NCBI GenBank assembly: GCA_020184695.1
Contig: JAANOX010000150.1
Location: 1 to 64,000 of the forward strand
Origin: Histomonas meleagridis 2922-C6/04-290x
Lineage: Eukaryota; Protista; Parabasalia
Direction of reading: 5' to 3'
DNA: 64,000 nucleotides
In this document: positions 19,386 to 29,885 of the stretch, piece by piece
Position numbering within the stretch: the first letter of the stretch is position 1
Layout: each line of letters starts with the position of its first letter
The notes under the pieces: generated by a model
Database searches by the model: none
What the model was told of the DNA's origin: nothing
Seen by the model: the letters and a program-made list of their open reading frames with translations, nothing else
Translations under genes and position numbers: made by a program

Positions 19386-22064
19386 TTATCTGCGACCGGC
19401 GATGAAATCTCTGAATTTTTCCCAAACTCCTCTTCTCGCTTCGTTATTTTTAGCCTGTGTACCAGCAATTTCATATAAATCTTGTTGGCAATCTGCGATT
19501 GCTTTGTTTTTGTATTTATTAATCTCGCTTTTCAAATTTTCATCAATATTATCTTTAATGTATATTTCATTTAGTTTTTTAATGCAATCATTTTGCATAG
19601 CAATAATCATTGATGTAGGAAGAACATTCTGAACAATGGTTGAAGATCTTTGTGCTATTTCATTTGTAATTTTAATTTTATGTTCATAAATAATTTCATC
19701 AACTTTTTGTTCTAATGATTTTTTTACGAGTTCATAGTTTTTAGATATCAATTTCTTCTTTGTTATTGTAGATATTTCGGAAGAAATTTTCGTTGATATA
19801 TATAATTCGATTTCTTTTTTAATACTTTCATCATTAATTTGTTGAATATCTTTATTTTGTTTACATTTGTCTTCGATTTTTTTATATAAAAGAATTGAAT
19901 TATAATTTAAATATTTACTTCGATTATTTTGAATGTCTGACTTAAATTCATTAATTTCTAATCGAATGACATTATCAATTGTTTTTTTATATGAATCAAC
20001 TTTATCAACTCTATTTTTGGCTGCAACTTCAAACGCTTTTTGTGTTAATTCTGAGTTTTCTTTAGATATTTTTATTCTTAAATGATGATTTAAATATACA
20101 AAAATTTCATCTTCATTTTCTGCTTTGTTTTGAACAATCGCTTCTCGAATTAATTCTAAACAACTTTTATTTATCACGTCAAACAAATCTGATTTAAAAA
20201 TTTCTAAATAATTAATTGATTTGCTTTGATAAATTTGAATTTTCAACTCTTTCACTTTTTTATCAATGATATCATCAATATCATTTACAACTTTGCTCTT
20301 AAATTTTGTTGATTGAATATCTTTAGCATCATTTAATATTTTCTCAATACTATCATGGTGTTCATTTAAACGCGAATATATTTTGTTTTCAATGTTTTTC
20401 ATTAATTTTTCATTAATTTGTTGATCATTTAAAATAATTTTCATTAATTTGTCTTTAAGATTTTTAATGATTGTTTGTGTATCCATTTGTAATAAATCTG
20501 TTAATGGTGTAGTTTTAAGTTTTATTTTAAGACTTTCAACCTCACTTTTAATGAAATTGCTCTCTATTTGCTTTTCTGTTGTTTTGAAATTTTTTTTGCT
20601 GACTGTTTCAGCTAAATTTTTGATTTCATTATTAACTTCTTCAATTTTATCTTCTATATATTGTTTCATCTCGTTTTTAATATCACCAAATATAACTCTA
20701 TCACTTTGACACACTGATTTGAATGTTTTTTTTAAATCATTTTCAAGTGAATTTGTTTGAACTTCTTTTATGATTATAGATGGATCAATTGCAGTATTTT
20801 GTTCGATGTTTTCAATAATTTTTGGTTTCTTTTTACGAATTACGTCCATTATTATCGCTTTAATGAAATTTCGTTGTCCTTCTTTGATCTTTGGATTAAC
20901 TTCATCGAATTCTTTACATTTGTTTGAAATATCTTTATAAATTAAATTTTTGAAATTATTATAAACTTCTTCCATATCTTTTATTGTGGATGGAATTAAA
21001 TTATCCATTTGTAGGATTAAATCTTTACAAATGAAGTTAGAATTAATCTCTGGATCGCCAACTAATTTCCCTTTATTAAGTTCATCATTAATTTCATTAA
21101 TTTTTAGTTGAATAGCAGATATTTGATCATTAATAATTCCTCTAACAAGTGGCTCATATATTTTTTCTAATGATGACTTCTTACAATCGTTTAATGCTCT
21201 TTTAACTTCTTCTGTCATATCTTTTAAATCTTTAACTTTTGATATTGTTTCAAATACTTGACATACAGCGTCACGATCGAATATAATGTTTTCGATTGAT
21301 TTGTCAATATGTTGAATCAGATGTTGAGCAAATATTTTGAAACTTAATTTGTATTCATCATCAAGTTGATCTAATGGATCCTTATTTATATTATACTGAT
21401 GAAGTGGTATGATCTCGTTAGGGTTGAAGTTTTCACCAAATTTTTGCTTGAAACTTATGGTCAATTCATCTTGTTTTTGTTTGGCAGTGTTTTGACTTGG
21501 AAAATATCCAGCAACTCTTGTTACAAGTGCAAGAAAGTGTGTGTCTATTTTACATTCATCAGCAGCTTTACGAACATGATTAACAACTTCAAAAATTGTC
21601 TCAATCGTATGTATTTGATCATTACCAGGATTTGGAGGAAACATACCTATGAGGACATTAGAAAGCGCTGCATATGGTGCAATGAGTTGACTAAGAAGTA
21701 ATTTGCTAGCGACAGTATCTGTAGATGCATTAAAACCACCATAACCTTCTGTATCAATAAAAAACACTTGAATGTCATCGTCTTCTATCTCTTCAACATC
21801 AAATCGTTTTCTAATTTCATTATAATTATAAGGTCCATATATATAAGCACCGAATGTTGTTTCTTTAAAACCATTGCCAACACCTATTGAATTATCAAGA
21901 GTAAGCTGTTTTAGTGTAGATGATTTCCCTACTTGATAAGAACCAAAAATTGTAATAAAAACAACATTTTTGTTTGCTTTTTTCACCCAATATTTAAAAA
22001 CGTCAAGATTTGGCACAAAACATGGTACTTCTTTATTAAAATATGTGCAATGATTTGTGTTCAT
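19386..22064 (-). CDS. Guanylate-binding protein/atlastin-like large GTPase with long helical C-terminus
   Basis: G1 GSYQVGKS, G2 TTFG, G3 DTEG; likely start is the ATG at 22064. Confidence 0.75.
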   Translation of the reverse strand: MNTNHCTYFNKEVPCFVPNLDVFKYWVKKANKNVVFITIFGSYQVGKSSTLKQLTLDNSIGVGNGFKETTFGAYIYGPYNYNEIRKRFDVEEIEDDDIQVFFIDTEGYGGFNASTDTVASKLLLSQLIAPYAALSNVLIGMFPPNPGNDQIHTIETIFEVVNHVRKAADECKIDTHFLALVTRVAGYFPSQNTAKQKQDELTISFKQKFGENFNPNEIIPLHQYNINKDPLDQLDDEYKLSFKIFAQHLIQHIDKSIENIIFDRDAVCQVFETISKVKDLKDMTEEVKRALNDCKKSSLEKIYEPLVRGIINDQISAIQLKINEINDELNKGKLVGDPEINSNFICKDLILQMDNLIPSTIKDMEEVYNNFKNLIYKDISNKCKEFDEVNPKIKEGQRNFIKAIIMDVIRKKKPKIIENIEQNTAIDPSIIIKEVQTNSLENDLKKTFKSVCQSDRVIFGDIKNEMKQYIEDKIEEVNNEIKNLAETVSKKNFKTTEKQIESNFIKSEVESLKIKLKTTPLTDLLQMDTQTIIKNLKDKLMKIILNDQQINEKLMKNIENKIYSRLNEHHDSIEKILNDAKDIQSTKFKSKVVNDIDDIIDKKVKELKIQIYQSKSINYLEIFKSDLFDVINKSCLELIREAIVQNKAENEDEIFVYLNHHLRIKISKENSELTQKAFEVAAKNRVDKVDSYKKTIDNVIRLEINEFKSDIQNNRSKYLNYNSILLYKKIEDKCKQNKDIQQINDESIKKEIELYISTKISSEISTITKKKLISKNYELVKKSLEQKVDEIIYEHKIKITNEIAQRSSTIVQNVLPTSMIIAMQNDCIKKLNEIYIKDNIDENLKSEINKYKNKAIADCQQDLYEIAGTQAKNNEARRGVWEKFRDFIAGRR

Positions 22065-22877
22065 ATAAAAATGTAGCAAATGGGTAATTTTTGAATAAAT
22101 TTTGATACATTGGCATTTATTTAAATATTTTGGCATTTATTTAAATATTTTGGACAAAATGGCCCAACAAAAAAATATTGAGTGCGTTAAAAATGACGAA
22201 AAAACATTATACTAGAATAATAGTAACATTTAAACAAATTAAATATTATTCAAATTGATACCTACATTAAATAAATGCTAATGAAATTTCAGATTTCATT
22301 TTCCTAGATCTAAAAAGTTTAACATGATAAAACTATAAAGAATAACTCAGCGCTTCTTAAATATATTTGCATTTAAAAAAATATGAAAATATGAAAATCA
22401 CTCCATATCTTTAATTTAAATAATATTTTGAAATGAAAATGAAAAAAATAATAAAAACAACTATAGGGATATGACTTGGTTATAAAAATTTTTCAAAAAT
22501 ATTGAGAAAAAGAAAATTCGCAAATTTTCGTTTAACTTTTCGCACTCTCTTATTTTTTTTAACAATTCTACATTGTTTCGGGTTATAACCCAAAAACACA
22601 CAAAAAAAATTGAAGATGTTATCAAAAAAGTATTTTAAAACGTACTAAAAATATAAAAAAAAATTAATGTTTTTATAAAATCTAAAAATAATCATCGAAA
22701 AACAAAAATATCTCAAATCACATAAACAATTCTTTAAATCCATTCCAAAACAAAAAATTTGCTTTTCTGTGAACAATTTTTGGAAAATCGTTTTTCAATT
22801 TCTAAAAAAAATCTTACCTCCAAAACAAAACTCATGATTCTTTTATTATTCTATTCTAAAACATCGCAAATAGTTTG

Positions 22878-25800
22878 TTAACCACTACAAATCTTTCTTA
22901 AATTTTTTTGTAATTCGTTAACATATGATTCGTTCCACAAACAAAATTCCATTATTAAATCATTTGGAATTTGTTTTATGATCTCCAAAATAACTTTAAC
23001 AATTTGAGGTTTAATCTTAATAATTATTCCAAACCTCGAAGCCAATAAAATCACAGCAATATTTTGTAATTTCCTTAGCACGACATTCCCCAATTTATTA
23101 AGAGCATATAATAAAAATTCAATAAACACTGGAAGTAATTCGTCATTCGGTTTTAATTCAATTAATTCAATGAGTTCTATTGAATCCTTAGAATTTAAAT
23201 CCATTTCAAATTCAGTTACTATAGAACACCATAAGCTCAGCGCACTTTTCAATAACCTTTTCAAATGACGGGCGTTCACTTTTAAATATTTCATTGAAAT
23301 TTGTATCAAAAAGGGAACTTGCTCAATCAAAACTTTGCCAGTTGCTTTGACAACAAATGAAAGAGATGTCAACAAGTTCGATTGTGTTTCATAGTCATCT
23401 TCATCACTTAAAGCTTCTATAATTGAAGAATATAAATTCGACAAAATTCTTTGTTGTAATTCAGGACAATAATACATTATTTTCGTAAATAAATGCAATA
23501 TAAATGACTGATTCAGCTTAGTATTCCCATTGAAATTATGAATTAAACTTGAAATCATTTCATAATAATCGATGGTTTTTGGTCCACATTGATCAACAAT
23601 TGATAATAATGTTTGGAATATACATCTTCGTAATGACATTGGTATTTGTGAGTATTTCTGATTCGGAAATGAACACGTAAATATTCCATTCAAAATACGT
23701 ATGTTAATTTTGATTAATTTTTTCGGATCGCTCTTAAATAGGATTCGTTCAAAAGGTGCATAATCAACAATGGAACCGATTGCTTTGAGCGTAGCTATTA
23801 CCCATTTAGTGTTATCACTAGTTTTAATTGAGTTTAACATGTCTTTGATGATGTCACGAATTTCATAATTGTTTTCAGCAAACAGTTTGCTACCAATGCG
23901 AAATAACACACAGCCTTCATAGAAGTGTTTGTCTATGCATGGCGTAATGTCAGCTTCATAAGACGGTCGAATTTTATTCCGAATTAAACTTAATAAAATT
24001 GGACCAAATTCTTCGGAATATTTGGGGATCTCCCGTGAAATAGTAAATAAACATTTAGCGCAATAATGTTTGGACCTTTGAAATGCAAATATGTTCCCTT
24101 CAATAATCATTTCTTCAGATTTCGGAATTTCCATATCAATTGTATAAACAATTCGTTGGATAATGCCGGGAGTTAAGTATGTGGATACTGTAAATGGAAA
24201 ATATTCAACAAGTCGACGAATACATATTATGGAACATTGAAATTCTGGATCTAAAAATGAATTCATGGACCTGTTAATTAGCTCAAAAATGGCACCTAGA
24301 TCTTGCTTAATACCATTAGGCGCGATTTTGACAAGTCTTCCAAACATTAATAATATTGGACTTCGAAAATCTGGGTTAACATTAAAAGGTGAAAACAAAA
24401 TTGGTCGCATTGATAGGTAGAATTCTTCGTCAATATTAGATGGTGCACATAAACAACTTGATAAACAATATAATATTGCAATTGCTTGATCAACATTTGC
24501 ATGTGGCAACAATCCAATTAATGTTGGGACAACATCTCCTAATGCTTGTAAAGGCATTTTACATTTTGTAATAACTTTATCAAGAGTTTGAAATACAAAA
24601 AAAAAATTGAGAAACTTTGTTAGGTATTGGAGAACGTTACCGAATACATAGATAACGGTCTCCGTATGGTCCTTCAGAAATTTTTCAATAGTTTGACAAC
24701 ATGATTGAACAATGATTTCGTCAGGTACATCACCAAAATTAAGTGTTATAAGAAGGAACTTAACTGACTCTTGGAAAGAATAAACAATAGATCCAGCTCG
24801 AATCAAAAGAAAAGCAATTTGTCTTTCAGCTAGATCTTGACTTCCAATAAATTGTTGTATAAAAGGACTAGAAACCTCGAAAAGTTCTTTTTCAGATTCA
24901 TTAATGTCTGTTAAAAACTCTTCAATAAACTCATATGATTCATTTTTACGATCTTCCCTACAACAATCAAGTGAAAGCTTAATGGATGCTTGTATGATAG
25001 GTAAAATATCTTCGCGAAGATTTATTCGGATAAGTTCATATGCAGGAGAAATTAAATTCAAATGAATAAGAATTCGATTATTTTTTGACATTTGTTCGTT
25101 TTGGAATGCCATAAATGCGATCTTAATGATTTCATTCGAATTTTCATTGAAGAAAAAGCCATGTTCGATATCGTATATATCATAATAAAATTTCAAAAAT
25201 GCATATGTTTCATCCGTCACCTTTGGTACTTGGAAAATATTGTAAGCAAGTTTGATGACGTTTTGCTTAATTCGATAAAATAGTCCAATAAAATCATATC
25301 CTTCATAATTGTTAAATAGTTCTTCTTCGACAAGAAATATCAAAATGTTAAGAAGCCCTAGAGATGTTATGCGCAATTCTTGATTGTCACATATGATATA
25401 TTGTGATGATATTTCTAATAAATTTATAATAATTTGATCTGTTTCTGGTGATGCGCCAAAATTGTGAGGATATACTAAATACCAAAGGTTCATTCCTGTA
25501 ACCATTGTTTCTTCCTTTTGTAAACATTGGTTGGCAATATTTGTAATCTTTGGTATTGGATCTAAAAATGCCCAATTTATTCCAATTACGTTTAAAACTC
25601 TGTAAAGTGATTTTTTGCATTGGTAATCAGGTTCGTTTAAAATCCTTAAAATAACCCAATCAAAAACATGATTACATAAGTTAAAATCTTGATTTGCATT
25701 ATAGTTGGTAGCAGCTTTTTCGAGTCCATTAATTGCATACATTCTAAGGGTAGGATCAGAAGAATTTTCAATTAAAGACAATAATGGAGGAAAACATTCA

Positions 25801-25943
25801 GGATGTTTAAATGTTTCTTCTAATATTTGGTAGCCCTGGTTAATTAAATTTGTATCTGCACTTCTAATTGCTGAAAACAATTGGATAAATTGCTCAGGAG
25901 TACTCGCAAAATACAAGATATATATGTCACTTTTATGGTTCAA
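22878..25943 (-). CDS. Importin-beta-like HEAT repeat protein (no ATG at the expected start)
   Basis: 1021-codon helical ORF with an IBN_N-like N-terminus (QLFSAIRSAD...LLSLIENSSDPTLRMYA); first in-frame ATG is only at 25742. Confidence 0.65.
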   Translation of the reverse strand: MNHKSDIYILYFASTPEQFIQLFSAIRSADTNLINQGYQILEETFKHPECFPPLLSLIENSSDPTLRMYAINGLEKAATNYNANQDFNLCNHVFDWVILRILNEPDYQCKKSLYRVLNVIGINWAFLDPIPKITNIANQCLQKEETMVTGMNLWYLVYPHNFGASPETDQIIINLLEISSQYIICDNQELRITSLGLLNILIFLVEEELFNNYEGYDFIGLFYRIKQNVIKLAYNIFQVPKVTDETYAFLKFYYDIYDIEHGFFFNENSNEIIKIAFMAFQNEQMSKNNRILIHLNLISPAYELIRINLREDILPIIQASIKLSLDCCREDRKNESYEFIEEFLTDINESEKELFEVSSPFIQQFIGSQDLAERQIAFLLIRAGSIVYSFQESVKFLLITLNFGDVPDEIIVQSCCQTIEKFLKDHTETVIYVFGNVLQYLTKFLNFFFVFQTLDKVITKCKMPLQALGDVVPTLIGLLPHANVDQAIAILYCLSSCLCAPSNIDEEFYLSMRPILFSPFNVNPDFRSPILLMFGRLVKIAPNGIKQDLGAIFELINRSMNSFLDPEFQCSIICIRRLVEYFPFTVSTYLTPGIIQRIVYTIDMEIPKSEEMIIEGNIFAFQRSKHYCAKCLFTISREIPKYSEEFGPILLSLIRNKIRPSYEADITPCIDKHFYEGCVLFRIGSKLFAENNYEIRDIIKDMLNSIKTSDNTKWVIATLKAIGSIVDYAPFERILFKSDPKKLIKINIRILNGIFTCSFPNQKYSQIPMSLRRCIFQTLLSIVDQCGPKTIDYYEMISSLIHNFNGNTKLNQSFILHLFTKIMYYCPELQQRILSNLYSSIIEALSDEDDYETQSNLLTSLSFVVKATGKVLIEQVPFLIQISMKYLKVNARHLKRLLKSALSLWCSIVTEFEMDLNSKDSIELIELIELKPNDELLPVFIEFLLYALNKLGNVVLRKLQNIAVILLASRFGIIIKIKPQIVKVILEIIKQIPNDLIMEFCLWNESYVNELQKNLRKICSG

Positions 25944-26024
25944 AAGTGAACAAAACCGTTTAATAACGGTTATGATATTGTACGGTTATATAAACAATTC
26001 AAAAAAAATTGTAAAAAACGACAA

Positions 26025-27536
26025 ATGAACGAAGAAGAAGAAAGTATTGAAGATAATGAAGAAGTCATAATTGGTGATGATGATGATGACTTTGAAATAA
26101 TTTCAGAAATTTCTAAAGATGTTGAACCTAGTAGAGATTTTTCAAAAATATATAATGATATTCAATTATTTAACTCTTTTTGTGATATAATTAAGATAAC
26201 TGGATCTGATGGAAAAATTAAAACTACGATACCAACAATAGTTTTGCCAGCATCTTTACAAATGGTTGGTGGTTTTCATTATTCACCAACTCTTTTAAAC
26301 ATTTCTCTTGAGCTTAATGGACCTGAATGGTCATCAGGGTTAAAGTCGCTTGATGTTACACATCCTCTTTATAAACGTAATTATATTGGAAGACCACTTG
26401 TAGAAAGCGTTATCCGGAAATTCTTTACACCATATTACACAAGAAAGCAAACCTACAAATCAATTCTTTTCTTTAAAACCAATTCCAATCGCCCAAATTT
26501 AATTTTTTTTGGGAATTTCTTTCGAGACAATAATTCCACCGCCACCACTCCTCCTGTTAACTATAATTCCTGTCATATTCTTTTCCTTATTTATGAGATC
26601 ATTGATGCATTTTTAGATCTAAATGATCATTGTTGTATTTGTCGGAAACATCTCCAAATTTCCGGTATCAAACCATCTATTTGTGACAGTCGTTTATGTT
26701 CTGTTGCTTTTGAGGAAATTGGTGTTGGCAATTCTGTTGCCCAAGAAATTCGACGCGATCCATATGCTGCAGATTGGATCTTTACCATCTATGGATCTGC
26801 TCAAGGAACCAAATATTGTAATCCATCTCCTCCCACTGAACTTGTCAACGTTGGTTATCGCTTATTAGGAACGTTGCCCAGTATGGAACACATTGCGAAT
26901 ACATGTCGAACAGATACAGACATCATCAAAACATATGGCCAAGACACGCTCAGTTTCTTACGTTGGTTATTACTTTCGAACAAGTCACAGATCATCTCGT
27001 TACCGAATAAATTACTCATTAAAGAAATACCAACGAAATATCAGTTCATGACAATTATCTCGGATCAAAACGCGGAAGTCGAATTCCAAGAAAAGAAGAA
27101 AAAAAACGCCGGAAAAAGCTTATACATGTGGCATGGAAGTGGTAATGATCGATGGCATTCCATCATCCGAAATGGACTAAAGAATATGTCGCGCGTTCCT
27201 GGAGGTGTTTTACATGGAACTGCATATGGAGAAGGTATATACTTTGCAAAGAACTCGACCATGTCGTTCTATTATACGCAATCCGGATACAATAATTACA
27301 AAAACAGTAAGTTGCCGAGTAAAATAATGTTAATAGCACTATGCGAAGTGGTGCCTAATAACCAACTGAGGGATCACGGAGAGTTATACACATTAATCGA
27401 CGAGAAGGCGTGCGTGGTGAGGTTCGTGTTCGTGACCGAAAGAGAATTTTCGTTCGACCCAACGAAAAAGAAATTTAATGTCCCGACTTTGGAGGATATA
27501 TTGGACTTCCAGGCGCAACAAGCTTCAATGAAATAA
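26025..27536 (+). CDS. PARP6/8-like mono-ADP-ribosyltransferase
   Basis: HCCIC..KPSIC...C cysteine cluster; MWHGS, WHSIIRNGL, YGEGIYFA, IALCEV. Confidence 0.85.
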   Translation: MNEEEESIEDNEEVIIGDDDDDFEIISEISKDVEPSRDFSKIYNDIQLFNSFCDIIKITGSDGKIKTTIPTIVLPASLQMVGGFHYSPTLLNISLELNGPEWSSGLKSLDVTHPLYKRNYIGRPLVESVIRKFFTPYYTRKQTYKSILFFKTNSNRPNLIFFGNFFRDNNSTATTPPVNYNSCHILFLIYEIIDAFLDLNDHCCICRKHLQISGIKPSICDSRLCSVAFEEIGVGNSVAQEIRRDPYAADWIFTIYGSAQGTKYCNPSPPTELVNVGYRLLGTLPSMEHIANTCRTDTDIIKTYGQDTLSFLRWLLLSNKSQIISLPNKLLIKEIPTKYQFMTIISDQNAEVEFQEKKKKNAGKSLYMWHGSGNDRWHSIIRNGLKNMSRVPGGVLHGTAYGEGIYFAKNSTMSFYYTQSGYNNYKNSKLPSKIMLIALCEVVPNNQLRDHGELYTLIDEKACVVRFVFVTEREFSFDPTKKKFNVPTLEDILDFQAQQASMK

Positions 27537-27748
27537 TATTTGGTAAAAACAGTCTTAATATAATATATTTTTTGTACAAAAAAAATAAAATCAATCATGA
27601 AATTGGTTGATAATAAATTTCAAAAAAATTGAAAACATTGACATATTTGGTACATGTGAAACATAACCAAAGATTGTTTTAAAGCTTTAAATTTCGAAAT
27701 TCAGTTCTTCATTTAATTCTATGGCTAAACTCAAAATCAAAGTTCCAA

Positions 27749-27799
27749 GAAAAAACGATCGGTTTCGGGTGAATTGCCTTACAAAAAGCTCTATCGTTC
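27749..27799. repeat. Dispersed ~50-bp hairpin element, copy 1
   Basis: 45/49 identical to 57108-57156; ends AACGAT...ATCGTT are complementary. Confidence 0.85.
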
Positions 27800-27923
27800 A
27801 TTTTGATTTTCAGTTTTTCAATATTGAAACGGATTTTCAAATTTTGAGGGTTTCATTCAAAATTGGATGTTATCACAAATTTGTATTGACATTGCGGTTT
27901 TGAAATTAAATGCCACTTTTCTA

Positions 27924-28535
27924 ATGGAACAGGAAACTCCATGCCTCAAAGTTGTGTTTGTTGGTGACTCAGGCGTTGGGAAAACAGCAATTGCACAGCG
28001 CTTTGTAAATGGCGTTTTCAACCCCCAGACCGCAGCAACTGTTGGCGTTGGTATTTTAAAAAAAGAAGTTATAGTGAATGGCAAAACTGTACAGTTAAAT
28101 CTTTGGGACACTGCTGGACAAGAAGAATTTCGGGCTCTCACAACAAATTATTATCGCGATGCTTCTATTGTAATAATTGTTTTTGCTGTTGGAAACTGCG
28201 CGCCTGATAGAAATATTAGTCCTAGTTCATTTGAATCTGTAAGGGAGTGGTATGCACAGGTTACAAAGGCTAATGAAAAAGCTCTTATATGCTTGGTTGG
28301 AAATATGTCAGATTTATCAGAACGAAAAGTCACATACGATCAAGGCGAAGAGTTGGCTGATGAACTATCTGATGTTTCTTATTATGAAACAAGTGCTCTT
28401 TCCGGTGAAGGAATTGAAGATCTTTTTGAATCAAGTTCGAGGGATTACTTGAAAAAAATCGATCAAACAATATCTCCTCCACAGCCACCACAACCAGTTC
28501 CAGTCCAACCTTCTGAACGCAAGAAATGCTGCTAA
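27924..28535 (+). CDS. Rab-family GTPase
   Basis: GDSGVGKT, WDTAGQE, GNMSD, ETSA, C-terminal CC; ATG at 27924 after GCGGTTT and CACTTT motifs. Confidence 0.92.
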   Translation: MEQETPCLKVVFVGDSGVGKTAIAQRFVNGVFNPQTAATVGVGILKKEVIVNGKTVQLNLWDTAGQEEFRALTTNYYRDASIVIIVFAVGNCAPDRNISPSSFESVREWYAQVTKANEKALICLVGNMSDLSERKVTYDQGEELADELSDVSYYETSALSGEGIEDLFESSSRDYLKKIDQTISPPQPPQPVPVQPSERKKCC

Positions 28536-28724
28536 TAATAATAATAATAATCGCTTCTCAAATAAAGCATTATTATATAAAAACGCATTTGAATGAGGTT
28601 TACAGTGAAAACATTGTTATATTATTGCTTCAACAAACATTTTGGGGAATTTTTTCCCAATTAAAAATTTCTGCATGTGATTAAAAAGTTTATTCAAAAG
28701 TGCTACGAACAATTTTACTTCACT

Positions 28725-29750
28725 TTAATTTTGTTCTGAAAGGAATCTTTCTGCAAGTAATGCAGCCTGGCAACCTGAACCAGCTGATGTTATTGCTTGC
28801 CTAAAGACTTTATCTGCACAATCACCTGCAACAAAAATGCCAGGAACATTTGTTGCTTGACCATTCTTATGGATAATATATCCATCTTGGTCCATATCAA
28901 TTTGTCCCTTAAACAATGCAGTTGCAGGCTCGTGACCAATTGCGAGGAAGAGAGCATTGACATGAAGTGTTTCAACTTCACCCGTATTAACGTTCTCCAA
29001 GACAACTCCTGTTAAAAATTCGTCGCCTTCTGCCTCCTTAACAACGGTATTCCATATGACTTCAATTGTAGAGTTCTCTAATTTTTGTCTCATTGGTAAT
29101 GAAGCTCTTAGTTGGCCACGACGATGAATTAATTTGACACTGCTACAGATTTTGCTGAGATATAATGCTTCTTCAATTGCTACATCACCGCCGCCAACTA
29201 CAGCTACTGGTTGGTCTTTATATAAAGGACCATCGCAAACTGCACATGCACTAACTCCTCGATTTCGAAGACGTTCAACACTGTCAATCTTCAAGAATTT
29301 GGCATTGGCACCTGTTGCAATAATAACCGACTTGGCTTTATATCCTTTGCTTTCGGATTGTAACTTAAAAGGATATTCTGAAAATGAAACATTTAAAATA
29401 ACATCATATTCATACTTAGCTCCAACGGCTTCGGCTTGTGATTGAATTTTTTTAACAAGTTCTGGACCGGTGCCAGTAAAACCAGGGAAGTTTTCGATTT
29501 CTGTAGTAAATACAAGTTGGCCTCTTGGGATGTTTCCATGAAGCACAAGAGGTGAATAACCAGCTCGAGCTAAGTACAAAGCTGCTGTACTTCCAGCTGG
29601 TCCACTACCTAAAATAATAGCATCACTAACAGGAACTTCATCCCATTTTATTTCAATTGGTCCTTCGTCATCATCGTCAATTCCCCAGCCAAGCATATCA
29701 TCATCTGATAGCTCAGATTTCACGATTGCAAACAAGAAAAGAAAAAGCAT
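28725..29750 (-). CDS. TrxR: Low-MW thioredoxin reductase with N-terminal signal-peptide-like extension
   Basis: ILGSGPAG, TTEIENFPGF, SACAVCDG, VVGGGD.A.EEA, HRRG, AGDCAD..FRQAITSAG.GC.AAL. Confidence 0.95.
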   Translation of the reverse strand: MLFLFLFAIVKSELSDDDMLGWGIDDDDEGPIEIKWDEVPVSDAIILGSGPAGSTAALYLARAGYSPLVLHGNIPRGQLVFTTEIENFPGFTGTGPELVKKIQSQAEAVGAKYEYDVILNVSFSEYPFKLQSESKGYKAKSVIIATGANAKFLKIDSVERLRNRGVSACAVCDGPLYKDQPVAVVGGGDVAIEEALYLSKICSSVKLIHRRGQLRASLPMRQKLENSTIEVIWNTVVKEAEGDEFLTGVVLENVNTGEVETLHVNALFLAIGHEPATALFKGQIDMDQDGYIIHKNGQATNVPGIFVAGDCADKVFRQAITSAGSGCQAALLAERFLSEQN

Positions 29751-29885
29751 TAATGAACGATAGGCGGTTAAAACCGCATTTATTTGGTCCAGTGGTTAAA
29801 CCAGTTTTTCCACGTAAAAACAGCATTTTTATTTTCTTTTAATTTTTAAAATAAATTTTGTCCAAAAATTTTCCTCTCAAAAAAA

